Part shown: positions 1-13,599 of the stretch, piece by piece
How positions within the stretch are numbered: the first letter of the stretch is position 1
Layout of the letters: every line of letters begins with the position of its first letter
Assembly (NCBI GenBank): GCA_013265495.1
Contig: MU058423.1
Location: 5,068,793 to 5,132,792, forward strand
Source of the DNA: Vicugna vicugna
Lineage: Eukaryota
Length of the DNA stretch: 64,000 bases
Direction: 5' to 3'
Program-made: the position numbers and the translations under genes
Notes under the pieces: model-generated
The model's database searches: none
Told to the model about the DNA's origin: nothing
Seen by the model: the letters and a program-made list of their open reading frames with translations, nothing else

Positions 1-79
1 TAAATTACAGTTTTTAAAATCACTAAAAGAAGTTTCCAAGTACTATACAGTTTTTATCCTATTAAAAGAAACCCCCAAA

Positions 80-273
80 TATTGAAAGTTGCTAAGAGAG
101 TGGGTCTTCAAAGTTTTCATCATAAGAAAAAAAAAATTATGTGAAGTGATTGATGTTAACTAAACTTATAGCAGTAATTATTTTACAACGTACACAAATA
201 TCAAATCATTCTGTTTTACACCTTTGACTAATATAATATGCCAATCATATCTCAGCAAAATTGGGAAAAAAAC
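80..273 (+). mobile_element. L1 3' end (L1MA9-like) with A-rich tail
   Basis: TGAAAGTTGCTAAGAGAGT...GATGTTAACTAAACTTAT...ATATCAAATCATT...CAATCATATCTCAG followed by an A-run resembles the L1MA-class 3' UTR terminus. Confidence 0.75.
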
Positions 274-1504
274 ACAAATATGATTGAGCATGGACTTTGC
301 TTGATGCAAACCAAGAGACTAGAGAATCTTGGTTATGCAGGCTATTATTAAGCCAGTTCATGGGGACAAAGGATGTCAATCCAAGCTGGAAGCTATCTGC
401 CACAAACCTTTTGGGGTATTGCTGCTCTTCACTGACATTTGAAAGATTAGGTAAGGGACATTTTTATCAGCTGTCAGAACCCAGAGCAAACAGATTTGCA
501 AAACCAACAAAATCATCTCCCAAACAAACAACTGTGTCAACACAGGGAGGTCCCTGAGAATCAACTGGCTCTATCACTCACTGACCTCCTTGCATCTCCT
601 TGTAGAAGGTAAATGTCCCAACCAATGGTCACTATGTGTTGCTGTTCTATCAACTGTATTCTTTCCAGTTCTTGAAATGAAAATCGGTATTACAACTTAG
701 CTGTTCTCCCTTCTCTTATATTTCGTATACAAGGCACAACAAATATCTGGATGTTGGGGGACAGTTTATCGAATTTCTAAAAATTTACTAAGCCAAGAAA
801 AAATAATCTGAAAAGATGATTGTAAAACAGATACCCTTTATAACTTACATCCTATCTAATTAAGTTTATGCTGTAGGCTGTGTGTGTGTGATGCACACTA
901 AAGTTTAAATACTCATTTTAAATGATGATGGTAGATGAACAGTGAGTAGTTCTCAGCAAAAGTGGTATTAGTTTATCCTAGGGAAGGAAAGAAAAGTTCT
1001 AGAAACAGAAGAAAATGATGACGTTTGAATGCAAGAAGGAAGTTGTATGTATTTTCAGGCAGTCAAGCGTTTATTGGTGTAATAGAAATAGTGATTATAC
1101 CAATACTACATTTACTGTTTATGTCACTATATTACTAGATCTAATTGTCAATCCTAAGCAACATTTTTACTCAACTGATTATTCCTTTCTCTTGAAATTT
1201 TCCTTTTTCTTTTTTTGCTTGATTTTCAGGTCAGCACATTTCCTTGGTTTTCTTTTCTTCCCACTAGTCAATCCTTCTCAGTCTCCCTATGATCTGAGTA
1301 CTGTGCATCCCCTCCACCGTGAGCTCTCTGACAATAAGGCTCACAGTGTGTTAGTCAACCCCACAGGCATAGATGGTTAGGTGGAGATCTTTGTCAGACA
1401 CCAACTCAGTCATTCAATCTTACTCCCAGGAATTTAGAGTTAACTTTTAAATGAGCGCTCTCTGCTAGTTGTTTATCAAAACTACAGCTTAACATTTGGG
1501 GCCA

Positions 1505-1815
1505 CATGGACTGCTTCTTCACCCCCTTCAAGTCTTTGCACAAATGTCACCTCTCATTGGAGCCTATCCTGAAAATCCACTACATTCAAGCACCGCCACA
1601 CTTAAAAATACCATTGTCTTACTCTATTTTTCCATTACTCTCGTTGACTTCTAAGCTACTATATAGTTTACAAATGTGTACATGTATTACTCATTATCTG
1701 TCTTCATTCACTGGACAGTAACTCCACAACATGACCTTTCCCTGTTTTGTTTTATATTTAATCTTTAATGTCTTTAACAAGGCCTGGCAATAGTTGGTAA
1801 TAATGATTGTCTGAC
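1505..1815 (+). mobile_element. L2 LINE 3' fragment
   Basis: CTTCAAGTCTTTGCACAAATGTCACCTCTC and AACAAGGCCTGGCAATAGTTGG are degraded L2 3' motifs. Confidence 0.55.
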
Positions 1816-1999
1816 ATATATTAAACCATAGATAAATTTCTTTAAAAGTTTTCTACATAGGAAAGATTCTGTATCGCTTAAAGTGAGAAAAATGAGTACC
1901 ATTCTAGGCTTTCAGACAAATGTGTCTTAATACGTCGAATTAGTTTATAGGTCACAGAAGGCCTGAGGACCCGAAGAAGAGATGGTGGGACAACTCAGA

Positions 2000-2797
2000 C
2001 ATTAAAACAGCAGAACTCAAAAGACAAACAGAAGAGGTCACGTTATGAGATTCCAGGAGCTGATGTCTCTAAAGGGAGCTAGGACCACCGTGAAAGCAAG
2101 AGCTGACGAGATCTAGGACTAAAGAAGGTGCGGCCCTGGAGGAGGAGGCGCCAGTGCTGGAGGCGCCCTCCAGAGCAGAGCAGAGGAGGGAGAAACACTA
2201 TGGTCTCTCTCTCCTTCCCGCTTCCCGGTCTGCTGTGAGAACCTGCTATTGGCAGAAACTGCCAAAAGAAAGCCTGCGGGCTAGTCTGGGAAGTGACGTT
2301 CTTTGTGTTAGTGAACAGAGCAGGGAAGCACGAAGAACGTGTCTTAGAGGACACAGGCTGTAGCAGCCGTGGAAGTCCACCTGTCTGTCAGACCACGGGC
2401 TGCAGGGAACACAGTTACCTGGTGAAGGGCTCCAGCGTCTGGGTTTCTGAAATACCGCGCCATCACGAGCCGCTCCCAGCAAGTGGCAGCTTGCGGCAGA
2501 GGTGCTACGTCAGACCCGTTCCCGAAAGACGTGCGGCCCCTCTGATGGTGACTTTGGCTCGTGGGTGCTTTGACAGCTTTCTCTTAAAACTGCACCATGG
2601 TCTAAGACTTTTGCTATTTGTTGATTCTTTCCTGTTCCTTTTTTTCTGCAATGGTTAGACCTACGTCATGATCCAACTGGCTCTTCCAGCCTCCTTGGGC
2701 TCGTTCCCCATTTTTCCTTATGGTGTTTCCCAATAAATGTCTTGCACATTTAATTGCACTTTGTTTTCTCTGCTTCTTAGATGACTCAAACTAACAC
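2000..2797 (+). mobile_element. Old ERVL-type LTR remnant(s) (LTR16/LTR33-like); subfamily and 5' boundary uncertain
   Basis: The end CCCAATAAATGTCTTGCACATTTAATT...TCTGCTTCTTAGATGACTCAAACTAACA resembles the polyA signal and U5 terminus of ERVL LTRs. Confidence 0.4.
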
Positions 2798-3148
2798 TCA
2801 GGCACAGATGCTAGCAAATACATTTAAAAGACATGCAGCAAACTAGAAGAATGTATTTGTAACATAAAGTCAAACCAAAGATGATAATCGTACAAGTACG
2901 GAGAAAGGATATAAACAGTGAATTCACAGAAAATGAAATACAAAAATGACTGAAACTGAGGCAAAATATTTAATTTTTCTAACCATTAGGAAATAACAAC
3001 TACATGTATAATGACATCCCATTTTTGACTAGTCAAAAAATAGAAAACATTGATAACAGTCAATAATGAGAATAGTTAAGTCACTGATATGTCTGGCAGT
3101 GGTGTTAAATGTTCTGATTTCTCTCTATGTAATTTCGTCAGTAACTAC

Positions 3149-3541
3149 TGTGTTCATTTGCATGAACCGCCCTAGCAAAGCACCGCAGACTGGTGGCTAA
3201 ACAGAAGAAATCCATTTTCTCATATTTCTGGGGACTAGGATTCTGTGATCAAAATGTCAGCAGGTTTAGTTTCTTCTGAGGCCTCCCTCCTTGGCATGCA
3301 GATGGACAACTTGTCACTGGGTCCTAACCTGGTTGTCCCTCAGTCTGGTGTTGCCTGTGTCCCAATCTCTTCTTCCTATAATGAACCACTCACATTAGAT
3401 TAAAGCCCCCCACCCGCAGGACCTCATTTTACCTTAATTACCCCTTCAAGGGCCCTATCTCCAAATACAGTCACATTCTGAGGTACCAGGGCTTGAGACG
3501 TCAACATAAGAATTTGGGGGAAAAGAATTTATCCCATAACA
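3149..3541 (-). mobile_element. MaLR solo LTR, MLT1B/MLT1A-like
   Basis: TG...CA termini; GATCAAAATGTCAGCAGGTTTAGTTTCTTCTGAGGCCTC and CCCTATCTCCAAATACAGTCACATTCTGAGGTAC; flanks ACTAC/GCTAT fit a decayed 5-bp TSD. Confidence 0.9.
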
Positions 3542-3699
3542 GCTATCAAATTTAAGGCATTTAACTCAGGGACTCCACAGGTGTCCAGCTCGTGGTTCCC
3601 TTCCCAGGGAACTGACTCTTGCTCTACACCCCAGCAATCTCTACCATCTGCTTTGCTTCAGTGGGGCGCGATCCTCAAGCTTGCTTTCAGTCTCCAGTG

Positions 3700-4110
3700 A
3701 CTCAGTTCTGAAGATGAGAATATTCTATCTGCTTACCCAATGATTGCTTCCCATCTTTCCCCTTGTATGTCCCTTGGACAGACATGACTTAGACTGGACC
3801 AACACTCGTTACAGGGTCTTTCCAAAACAGTTGAGGAAGGTTACTCTTTTTCTTGGATGTTGGCTTGAACAGCTGGATATAGTTTTCATATTACACTGTA
3901 GGAGTCTATCTCAGACTAACCCCAAATAGAGAAAAGTAGAGAGACGGATGGACAGATGCCCAATGACATTATTTAACCTGTAAATCTAACAGTTCTTGAA
4001 CTGCATGAACCTTTTGGTTTCCCCATTACATTAGCCAACCAATTATTTTGCTGCTGAGCTGTTTGAACTGCATTTTTGTCACGTGAAACCAGAATCCTAA
4101 CTAATATACA
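3700..4110 (+). mobile_element. MaLR LTR, MLT1J/K-like
   Basis: End GCTGTTTGAACTGCATTTTTGTCACGTGAAACCAGAATCCTAACTAATATACA resembles old MLT1 termini. Confidence 0.55.
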
Positions 4111-4599
4111 TGAGGCACACAAAGTTTTAACTCCAAAAATGTTCACTGAAATACTGTTTTTAAAGTTAAAAATGTGAATGATTTGAATCCCTTTAATTCC
4201 TTAGTTATCTAATGTACTGCATTATAACTAGACTGTGGAATGAGAGGAATGTATATGCAGTGACATGTAAAAACAATACTATATTTATTAAATAAAGAAG
4301 GCAATTGCCAAATAAAAGCATGACCCCACTTATAGGTGTATGAACATATATGTCAATGTATAAAGTATGGCTATAGTGATTATTATAGCAGAAGGAGTGG
4401 CATGGGAGTTTTGAGATGAAGTAAGAATTTCATCATTTATTATTTATGCTTGCATCTTTCTCTTTCTTTTTTTTTCATTTAACATATGCTCTCATAATAC
4501 TTTTAAAAAGATATTTCTGAGCTTCTGAATTACTCCAGCTCACATTGCCAGTGTATTCAGTAGATGCATAAGAGATGTTTATAGTACGTGTATTAAAAG

Positions 4600-5120
4600 G
4601 TACAGTAGGCAGAGCAGTGTTCTACTCTCTAATGAGATATGGCCCCACTGGGCCCCAGGTGGCCACTCCCTAATCCATGGAACCTGGGAATATACTGCTT
4701 TGCATGGCAAATGGGACTTGGCAGATTTGATTAAGGTTAAAGACAATGATATGGGAGGATTAGCTCGGATTATCCGAGTTGACCCAATCTAATAACCTGG
4801 ATTCTTAAAAACAGAGAACCTTTCCCTCCCACAGAGAACCAGAGAGAAGGCAGCATGATTAAAACTCCACCCACTGTTTCTGGATTTGAAGAAAAGGAAG
4901 AGGGCATGAGCCAAAGAATGTGCACGATCTGCAGAAGCTGCAAAAGGCAAGAAAATAGATGAGCCTCCAGAAGAGAATACAGCCGTGCAACCTGAAAGCT
5001 TTCAACTTTTGCCAAGTCAGACCAGCGCTGGACTTCTCACCTACAGAACTGTAAGATAACAAAGTTGTATCGGGTAAGCCACTGGGTTTGTGGTTGTTAC
5101 TGCAGCAAAAGAAACAATAA
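4600..5120 (+). mobile_element. MaLR solo LTR, MLT1D-like
   Basis: CATGGCAAATGGGACTTGGCAGATTTGATTAAG, GAAGCTGCAAAAGGCAAGAAAATAGAT and CTACAGAACTGTAAGATAACAAAGTTGT. Confidence 0.85.
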
Positions 5121-6434
5121 AAGTATTCCAGAATTTACTATAAATTATATTGAAACTGTAGAAGTTATCATGATACCAGCATCATTTCATTAATTCTGTA
5201 TTTTGTGCACCTTTTGCATGCCTAGGCCCTCCCTAGCTCTCATTACTATAGAAAATCTCTACCTACAGAAATGCAAGATGGGCTCGGTTCAGTGTGTAGG
5301 GATGAATACACAATCCATGCTGGAAATATATGCTTTATCTTGGATCTTAAAGTAATTAAGTAACTTATATGCTTGAACTTCAAATTGTAGAACATTTCAT
5401 CAACAGGCAGTCAAACAGAAAATGCCCTAGATTTAAAAATGGAACAAGGCCCAGATGGATTCACTGAAAGGTTGCAGCTCTCCTCTAAAAGTGCGGACAC
5501 ACAGATTGCTAACTAGATATAAGGGAGCCATTCAACAGAAACTCAAAAATGCAAAAAATAACAGTTTCAGCCCAATCCTCTTGTGAGCAGGAAACTGTTC
5601 TTTAAGTAACAAAAGTAACAGGAGCTTAGGGAGGAGAAAATTAATTTTGCAGCTGCACTGATCATGAATATAACATTGAAAAGAACAGACACAAATCAAT
5701 GGCAGATGACTTTATAAGAGTTTGAGATCACAAGATTGAAGAATACCTACATAGTGACATATCTGATAAAGTTTCATTCAGAGATACATTAATTAGTTGA
5801 AGCAGGTGAGAAAGATTTGCAAAAGATGAAAGATAAGGCTTCACTTTTATAGTGAGCGTGTTCAAGTAAAGGATATTAGATGTGATTGTAATAAAGATAA
5901 TAATAAAGATTACTCTCTCATGGTAACACATGATCAGTGTACACAAAATTAAGAAACCACACATCTTAATTAATGTTGGAAAAGGAAGCATAATTAACTA
6001 GCAAATTAAATATTTAAAATATATTCATGATACAAGCCGTTGATTTCCTGCTATTTTGCTTTAAACTCTGGTATATAATTTGCAGGCTCTTTCATTAGTT
6101 ACCACTACAAGCTATTACTGTGCATATTAATAGGTCCTAATTATTATTTATTTACTATTTCATTACATATCACAGAGCTTCAGAAATATGCATCCTATTA
6201 TTAGCCTTTTGAAATTCCAAGAAGTCACACTCGTCTTCAACGACCTCAAAGACAAAGTTTAGCTTTCCGTTCTGTTCCACGTCTTTCCCAGTCTTTCTTA
6301 TTTATTTCATGTACATACTCTCAACTACTTCCTGTATAAGTGTACAGCTCTTTTTCACAACTTGGTTGCCTGCCCTCTTCTCCTCCTTCTCCTCCATCCC
6401 TGTTTCTTCCCCTCTTCCCTCCTCTTCTTCTGCA

Positions 6435-6680
6435 TTGGGGCATCTACTGTGTGTTAGACACAATACTAAGCCTGGAAGATAATGCAGATGAATAACAACG
6501 TCAGTGAGTTAACATTCTTTGCCAAGACAGGGTAATGAGAAAATCCAGATTGAAAGTATTATAAGAGAATATGCTACTGGAACACGAAAAGAGACAGAAT
6601 ACTTACAGGAGTCAGGTCAAGTTTGCCAGACAGGATGATGTTTAAACTGGGGTTTAATCAACAATAAAGTTTGTCGGGTA
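6435..6680 (-). mobile_element. L2 3' fragment
   Basis: GCATCTACTGTGTGTTAGACACAATACTAAGCCTGGAAGATAATGCAGATGAATAA is the antisense L2 terminus pattern. Confidence 0.55.
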
Positions 6681-6736
6681 AAAAATGAGAAAATGGCTCT
6701 GCCTCCTCATGGTCTTTTTTCATATCTGGGATTTTC

Positions 6737-6829
6737 TGTGTGTGTGTATGTGTGTGTGTCTTATGTGTGTTTATCTCAGAACTCTGAAGGAGCTAGGCAC
6801 CACCAAAAAAAAAAAAATATATATATCTA

Positions 6830-6873
<44 letters not shown>

Positions 6874-6875
6874 TA
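6737..6875. repeat. (TG)n, poly-A and (TA)n microsatellite cluster
   Basis: Directly visible simple repeats. Confidence 0.95.
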
Positions 6876-8879
6876 GCTTCTGATAGCTATAGTACTAAAA
6901 TTTTTGTATTTATTCTGAATGTAATGAGGTAGAAGAAGGATTTGGGGGAAAAAAAACTAAATACAAAAAACCAACAAACAACAACAACAAAAAACAAACC
7001 TGGCAATCCTCTCTTTTAATTGCTGCTTTTCTGGTCGGCTTGTTCTGGCAGGAGGTGAACTTTGGATGCTGAATTCATAGTTGGCAACCTGTATTGTCTC
7101 TAGTTTTGGCTGAAAGTTTGATTCTAACCTAACACAGTTTAATATTTCCAAACAAGTATGGTGTCATTAAAGTTAAGTAATCCATATAAAATGCTCAGCA
7201 CAGCACTTCACAGGTTAGCTCTTAATCAGCAAAATCATCTTAGATGAAGAAATGTGAAAATGTGAAGTACGAGGGAGATGATGGTTTCAACTTTTAGTTT
7301 TGAATATAAAACTTCACCATTTAACTGGTTCTTATACCAATAAAAACTTGTATATTGTTACAAAATACATGATTATCTTTTATTATAATTGTATTAAAAC
7401 ATTAAGTCTTCTTTTTAGGAATCTGATTCTAAAGGGAAAACGGAAGATAAGTTGATTCTAAAATTGAGTAGGCCAGGTGAGGGTTAAAAGTTAGGTGAGA
7501 TAAAATGTGGATTAAGATTTTTTTTTTTATTAAATGAAGAGGCCCTCTGGATTGAAGGGAGAAAAAAATCCAGTCTATAAGAGATTCAATAATTAGGAAC
7601 CAAACAGATAATTATTTCAGGAAGATCTGAGAGGAGATACTACTAGCTGATGTGATCCAAGAAAAAACGTCTTACTAGAAAAAAGTGAACGCTTGCTCTA
7701 GGATGGAAGGGAAGTAACTTGCCTCTTAACTTGAGGAATTTGCCCTGAAAAGAATGCAGTAGCTCCTATTAGGCAAGATACCTAGTCTGTATGGAACTCA
7801 GATTCTGTGTTTACAAGTTTACTTATTAACACAGTACAATTCTGAAGAGTCTAAGTCTCCAAATAAAATTTTTGTTGTGATTATGCATGTATGTCACATT
7901 TCTAGTTGGAGATATTTTTACTTTATATGAAGCTGTATTTTATCACATTTCTTTTGAAGTGAAGGATGGAGATACCATTCACTTGTTTTTGACAATTACT
8001 GGTCTCTTTAGGCCTGCACGTTTCAGCATTGCTTTTTGAAATTCTGAAACAATTTCAATTGCCATAACGAATTATATAGAACTTAAATGGGAATTTAATC
8101 AAATTTGTACAGGTGAGAGTACTTGCCCTGCTTTATTCTGCAATATTCCCTCTGAGCTATTTCTCTCACGCTAATAACTCGCATTTAATATGGGGGAAGC
8201 TTTTAGGTAGAGTTAATTTTATCATTATTGCATTCCAGGTTTTCCGCCTCCCACCTAGGGTCTATGTTGTGCTTTATTCTTCTCAGGAAACACCTGTTTT
8301 TAAATTGTTAAAGTTGAAATTGTACATAAATTATTTCATTTATCCACCATCTGTGTCTTCTTATCTGTGCATTAGTTCTTAATTTTTGATCAGCTGTTAA
8401 CTTAGTCATGATGGAAATTACTGAAAAATAAAAGTAGAACATCAAGTTCATAAATTCTTCCAATGTGACATTAATATTTATAATCATACATGTACAAATT
8501 TGAGAAATCTGGAGACTGAAAAACCCTTAGGGAACATGTAACAACAAATGTAATCTGATGGAACCAGCAGCCTCTGCAAGATAGAGGCTGCCATCTCATG
8601 GTCTGTGGCTCAAATCCTGCCACATATACTGTTTATTTTTTAGAGTATTTTAAAAACATTTGAGCTATGTGTCAACATTTTGAAATCTGAAGTTTACATT
8701 GAGAGATGCCCTGAGCGAGGCAGGGCTACTGCTTGCAGAAGGGAAGAGATACAGACAGTAAAATACGCTTTCATTAACAACAGGGACAACGGGATTCTTC
8801 TCCCATTTACAGGGGATTTTGTTTCATGACAAAACGGACAAATCACGCGAGATTTGGCTCCACTGAACAGGCTAGGCGT

Positions 8880-9800
8880 GAGGTAATTTTAAAAGACCTA
8901 GCTTCTTTTACCAAATGAGGAACTTTAAGAGCAATGGATCCATGTTTTTGCATGGCTAAGACTGGCTGGCCCAAGTCTGGAACAGCTGGCTTGCACAGGA
9001 CGTCAGAAGAAATCGAAGAGGAAGGCAAAAAGCAGAGATGGTGCAGGGCTTGTACCGCTGGAAAGCTGTTCTTCGTACTGTGCTCTTGTGCTATGACTAA
9101 TAGGGAGCTACCACAGGGTTTTAAGCAGATGAATGGGAAGAAGCAATTTTTAGTACTGGAACAGTCATTCTGGCTACTGTGAAGAGAACAAATCTATAGT
9201 GATCAGAGCGGAAGTAGCAAAGCCTGTCAGAAAGCTATGGAAGCGTTCCAGGTAAGATGTGATTGTGAGTGATGATAGAGATGAAAAAATTGGATGAATT
9301 TGAAAAAAAAAATCATGACATGAATTATCCGTGACCAGTGAACTTGACATGTGGGATTCATGGGAGGGAGGTGAGGAAGGAAACGTTTGGGTGATAGAAC
9401 TGCTGAGTGAGCTAGGGAATGCTGGAGGAGGTCCAGGTTTGGCAAAGTAAAGATCCAGTGTGCAGATTTGAAAATGGTGCGTTTGAGCGTCTGCTGAGAT
9501 ATCTTAGTGTACATGAGATTTTGACTGGAGGCCCCAAGATAAATGCTATGGAGTGAAAGGAGAATGAGGGAATGAGAAAGAGAAGGGTATCCAGGGAGAG
9601 AGGATGATAGGGAACAATTAGGGAAGTAATAAAATCAAGACAATGAGCAAACATGGAAACTGAAATAAGAAAGCATATCAATAAGAAGAGAATTTTCAGA
9701 GTGGCAGATGCTTTAAGATGCCACGTAGAACCGAGAATGGAATACATTCATTGTATGTAAGGACACAGTAGTCATTGGCCAAAGTGCCTTTCTGTGGATT
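8880..9800 (-). mobile_element. L2 LINE fragment (~0.9 kb)
   Basis: GGGAGCTACCACAGGGTTTTAAGCAG, CATTCTGGCTACTGTGAAGAGAAC and the purine-rich tract are typical antisense L2. Confidence 0.75.
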
Positions 9801-10149
9801 TTTAAAAAGTACACCTATATAGTGTGTGTGTGTGTACATCTACAAATAATTTACTCTATAATTTAACTGTAATTTACAACAAATTCCATATTTTATACTA
9901 TGAGGTTCTAATACTAGTTTTGAGCTTATTCGTCAATCAGAAATGATCAAAATAACTCAATCTACATTAATATTTTCAATGCTGAGCTGATTATCTTTAT
10001 TCAACTCTTGTTTTTACATTTGACCTTAGGTTGACAAAATTAAATAGATCATAACTTTCAGAATTAGAATATTGCTTTTTTTCAAATAGAATCCCTATGT
10101 ATTTCTTCGTTTTCTTGTTTATCTATCATTCTTTAACTCATTTTATCTA

Positions 10150-10650
10150 CTTTCATTTTTACCTGTAACTTACAGGTGTCTAACATATATCTTAAAACAT
10201 TTATAAATCTATTTATTAAAAATAATGTTCTTCATGCTTTCATTTCTATAAAATTACATTAACAGAACTATAATTGTGTTTTATTTCTTTCTCTTAATAT
10301 TGGCCTCTGACCCATCTTCAGATCCACATTGATATCTGTAGATGTAATTTATTTTAACTGCTGTAAGATATACCATTGTTTCTCTGCACCACATTTTATG
10401 TATTCAGTAACCTATTGCTGAACATTTAGATTGTTTTCTTCTCTTTGCTATTACAGTATACACAGACAAACACATACAGACATACATACAGAGTCACGAG
10501 CATCTCCATACGTCTCTATTTACTGGGATTAAATTTTGCTAGGACACGTAAATACTGGGCCATAGACCTCCTGACTTGTAAAATATGTATAATTTAAGGT
10601 TCACTGAATACTTGCAAAAGTATCTCCAGAATGGTTGCTTTCATTTTCGT
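10150..10650 (-). mobile_element. Ancient L1 (L1ME/L1MC-like) 3' fragment
   Basis: TTAACTGCTGTAAGATATACCATTGT...CACCACATTTTATGTATTC...GAACATTTAGATTGTTTTC. Confidence 0.6.
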
Positions 10651-12699
10651 AAGTTTTCATGTGCTAGAGCCTGAGGACTTTTATTATAATTTGGAGAATA
10701 CTGTTAGGTTTTATATTCAGAATTTCTCATGATTTACTTTCATTTCAAGTCTTTTTAAAAAGATTTCCCAGTAGATTTGTTTCCAAAGATATGCTGTGAA
10801 AATAAAATCAGATTTCACAGACACAATTCTTATTAAAGAGTTCTTTGAGCTATCTATTTTACTTTATGTATGTATTTATTAACATAAGCCTTCATCAATT
10901 TATTTTACTTTTCAGCTTCTCTCATCTTTCTGAGCATTGTGTGTTCTGCTCTGCTCAGGACTTCTGTATGCCATGTGGTAAGAGGAAGGGTTTATATGAT
11001 GTTGTTCTCTGGAAATAGACTGGAGAAAAGAAGAGCATGTGTATTCTTGAGATGAAGAGGAAAAGACTGGTGGATATTTTAACTGAACTTCATTCATTGC
11101 CTTTTTTTGTCATAAGCCCTCACTTAGAAGGAGAAAAGGTACAAAACCTGCCATGAAGCTCTTGATTCTAGAATGCGGATTTTGTATTGTCTGTTGAGAA
11201 ATCATTCTTATTCTAAGGAATAGTCTGAGATTGACTTACCATCAGTAAAATTTTATGTATCTACAATTGAGCAACAGTAACAACAGACCCACAGATGGAA
11301 GACTCGGTTGGTTTACGTTGGTTTCATGAGATTCAGAGAAACATTTATTGGATGAAAATATCTCTTTTTTATCTCTTAGGGGTGAAGATGGTTTTCCAAT
11401 TGTTTCCCCCAAATTCTAGCAGTATGAAGTAAAGACGTGAAGTTATGATGAAGAAAGGAACAGTTTTGTCCAAGTATCCCCCCCCAGCTCTTACTGAAAT
11501 TACTAATAGAATATTCAATTTTGAAAGAAAAAAAAGCCTGCAACTCTGCTGAAAATGAAGGAGCATTACCACATATAAGGAATAATAAGGAATTAGTACT
11601 AGATATAGCGCATACTGAATCGGCTTGAGGAAGTCACCAAGGATACCTTACACCTGCTTCTTTTCCTAAGAAACAGTACCATTCCAGGGAAATTACTAGA
11701 GAACACCTAAGCAGAAGACCATTAAAGATTTCTGATTTGTACTAGGATATAAAAGAAAGGGAAGCCTTGAATTGAGATATGAAATCAAGGGAGCCCATGA
11801 TTTCACTTCATTTTTTCTTCTAATACAATGAAGCATTTGAAAACAATGGTGATGACTAAATATCCTTATTTGGTCAGTGGCTAAAATAAACAGAAAGGCA
11901 ACCAGGGGTAGAGCTGGTAACAGGCATGGCTGGAGACAGTAACAGGAAGGATGTGCCACAAGGCTTCCTAGTGCAGGGTCTGCCCAAACAGAAGGGTGGA
12001 CATAATATTGAGCACCTTTGCTGAGGTTCACTATTCACAGGGAAGGAAATACACAGATATGAGGTTGCTCTGTTAAGTTACTCTAGGTTTTCACCCCACT
12101 GACCTCGGTAGCTTGACCTTTAAACTGATAATACAACTTTGTATCAACCACTGCTCCAGCTTAACATTTTTGTTTTGGATGGACCTAGGTGAGGTTTATG
12201 TAGTAAGATGAGAAAAAGCAGTCTTTGGCTCTGACAGATGACTTAATGACATAAGCAAGAAGTAGAAATTCTATTTAGTTTAACAGCAGCAAAGGCACAT
12301 GAAATTAAGAGATTTCTGCTTTCTCCTTGAGTAAGTCTGGACATAGAAACTTATCTTTAAAAGTCTCTAAAATAATTTTTTGGGGTGGGTTCAAAATTCC
12401 TTGATTTTTTGATACATTAATTTAAATAATGTCAAAACATGACTCAAGGATAGTATTAGCCTGCTTGCCACATCAGAAGGAAAAACCTACATGCCAACTT
12501 TATAAACTCTTTGGAATCAATCAGATCCAAACATACTTTCTGTTTGGGAACTTTTTAAAAAAGAACTTTGATTTTGTTGGTGGTAGTACTGGAGGTTCAG
12601 AGTGAAGTGATACGTTTGAACCTTTCCTCTGGGTCCCCGGGAGAGACATGTCCACGTCTGGTTCTGTGTGATATAAGCCGACAAACTGGATGTGCGTCA

Positions 12700-13150
12700 C
12701 TCTTCCTCCAGTAGAGACTGGCTTTTATCTCGGAGGTTAAACACGCTGAACACACCCCTTCTTTGTCTTCCTGGTTGTTAAGGCATGTAATGGGACCAAA
12801 TCCTGATCGGTGGGATCTTGCTGGGCAACTTTTGGGAAATGATTTCCTATATAATAAAGAGATATTCACCATAGGGCCCCTTCCTCATGGTAAGCCACAA
12901 CTGCTCTTACGTGTGCTGCTCAGAACTGTGGCAGCAACCTCATGTCCAAAAGGGGAGACATGACCGGCGCAGTGAAGACCACAGAGCAGCTGCATGCTTG
13001 ATGCATGGTCAAGCATCTGCAGAGCTCTGGAAATTCTCCGTCTTGATGTTTTTTGTTACACGATACAAGACATAACTCTTTATGCACCAGTTTTCCGGCC
13101 TCTGATGATTCCCTGCCCTGATGTTCACGCTGAAGAAGATAAAGAATTGT
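12700..13150 (+). mobile_element. Old MaLR LTR (MLT1K/L-like)
   Basis: The reverse complement reads GAGGTTGCTGCCACAGTTCTGAGCAGCACA...ATTTCCCAAAAGTTGCCCAGCAAGA, similar to MLT1K/L core motifs. Confidence 0.4.
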
Positions 13151-13599
13151 TCTAGTATTCAGTATCTTCCAAATGCATCTTCACTGTAATCTCAAATATC
13201 CTCTTCATCAGTGACTGGTTTCATAGTTTTGATTTCTTGATTCTGTCATTAGAAGTGGGAGTGTGTGTATGTGTGTGTGTATATATATAATTTTACAATC
13301 ATAAAAATGCTGAAAATTGTACATTTAAAAAGAAGGTAGAATATTAACATTTATATCATAGCTCATGTTTTGTTTAACTCAAATTTAGTCTTATTTTTAG
13401 AGCTATAAGCCTGGAAAATTTCCTCAGTTATAGCCAGGTAAAAATCAGAGTACACTATTCCACTGTAGGTCTTCAGAATGGTAAGTGTCAAATATTCCTG
13501 AACTTACAATGGTTAAACATTTGAAACAGAGCTCTGTATCACTATACCTGTGATACAGATTCTAACATCAATATACCAGAAGATGAGAAGTAGGTGAAC

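Larger units (their letters stand above)
2890..4500 (+). mobile_element. Fragmented ancient L1 (L1ME-like) 3' region, interrupted by two MaLR LTRs
   Basis: AAGGATATAAACAGTGAATTCACAGAAAATGAAATACAAA (late ORF2-like) at ~2906; 3' UTR-like sequence resumes at ~4110-4500. Confidence 0.45.

Noticed and set aside
2293..2658. Overlapping ORFs near 2.1-2.7 kb as a coding exon
   Set aside because: Higher GC lowers stop frequency on both strands; no recognisable protein.
8575..8705. Possible hAT-Charlie (MER103-like) fragment; also a MER5-like trace near 36130-36230
   Set aside because: Too degraded to support by eye.
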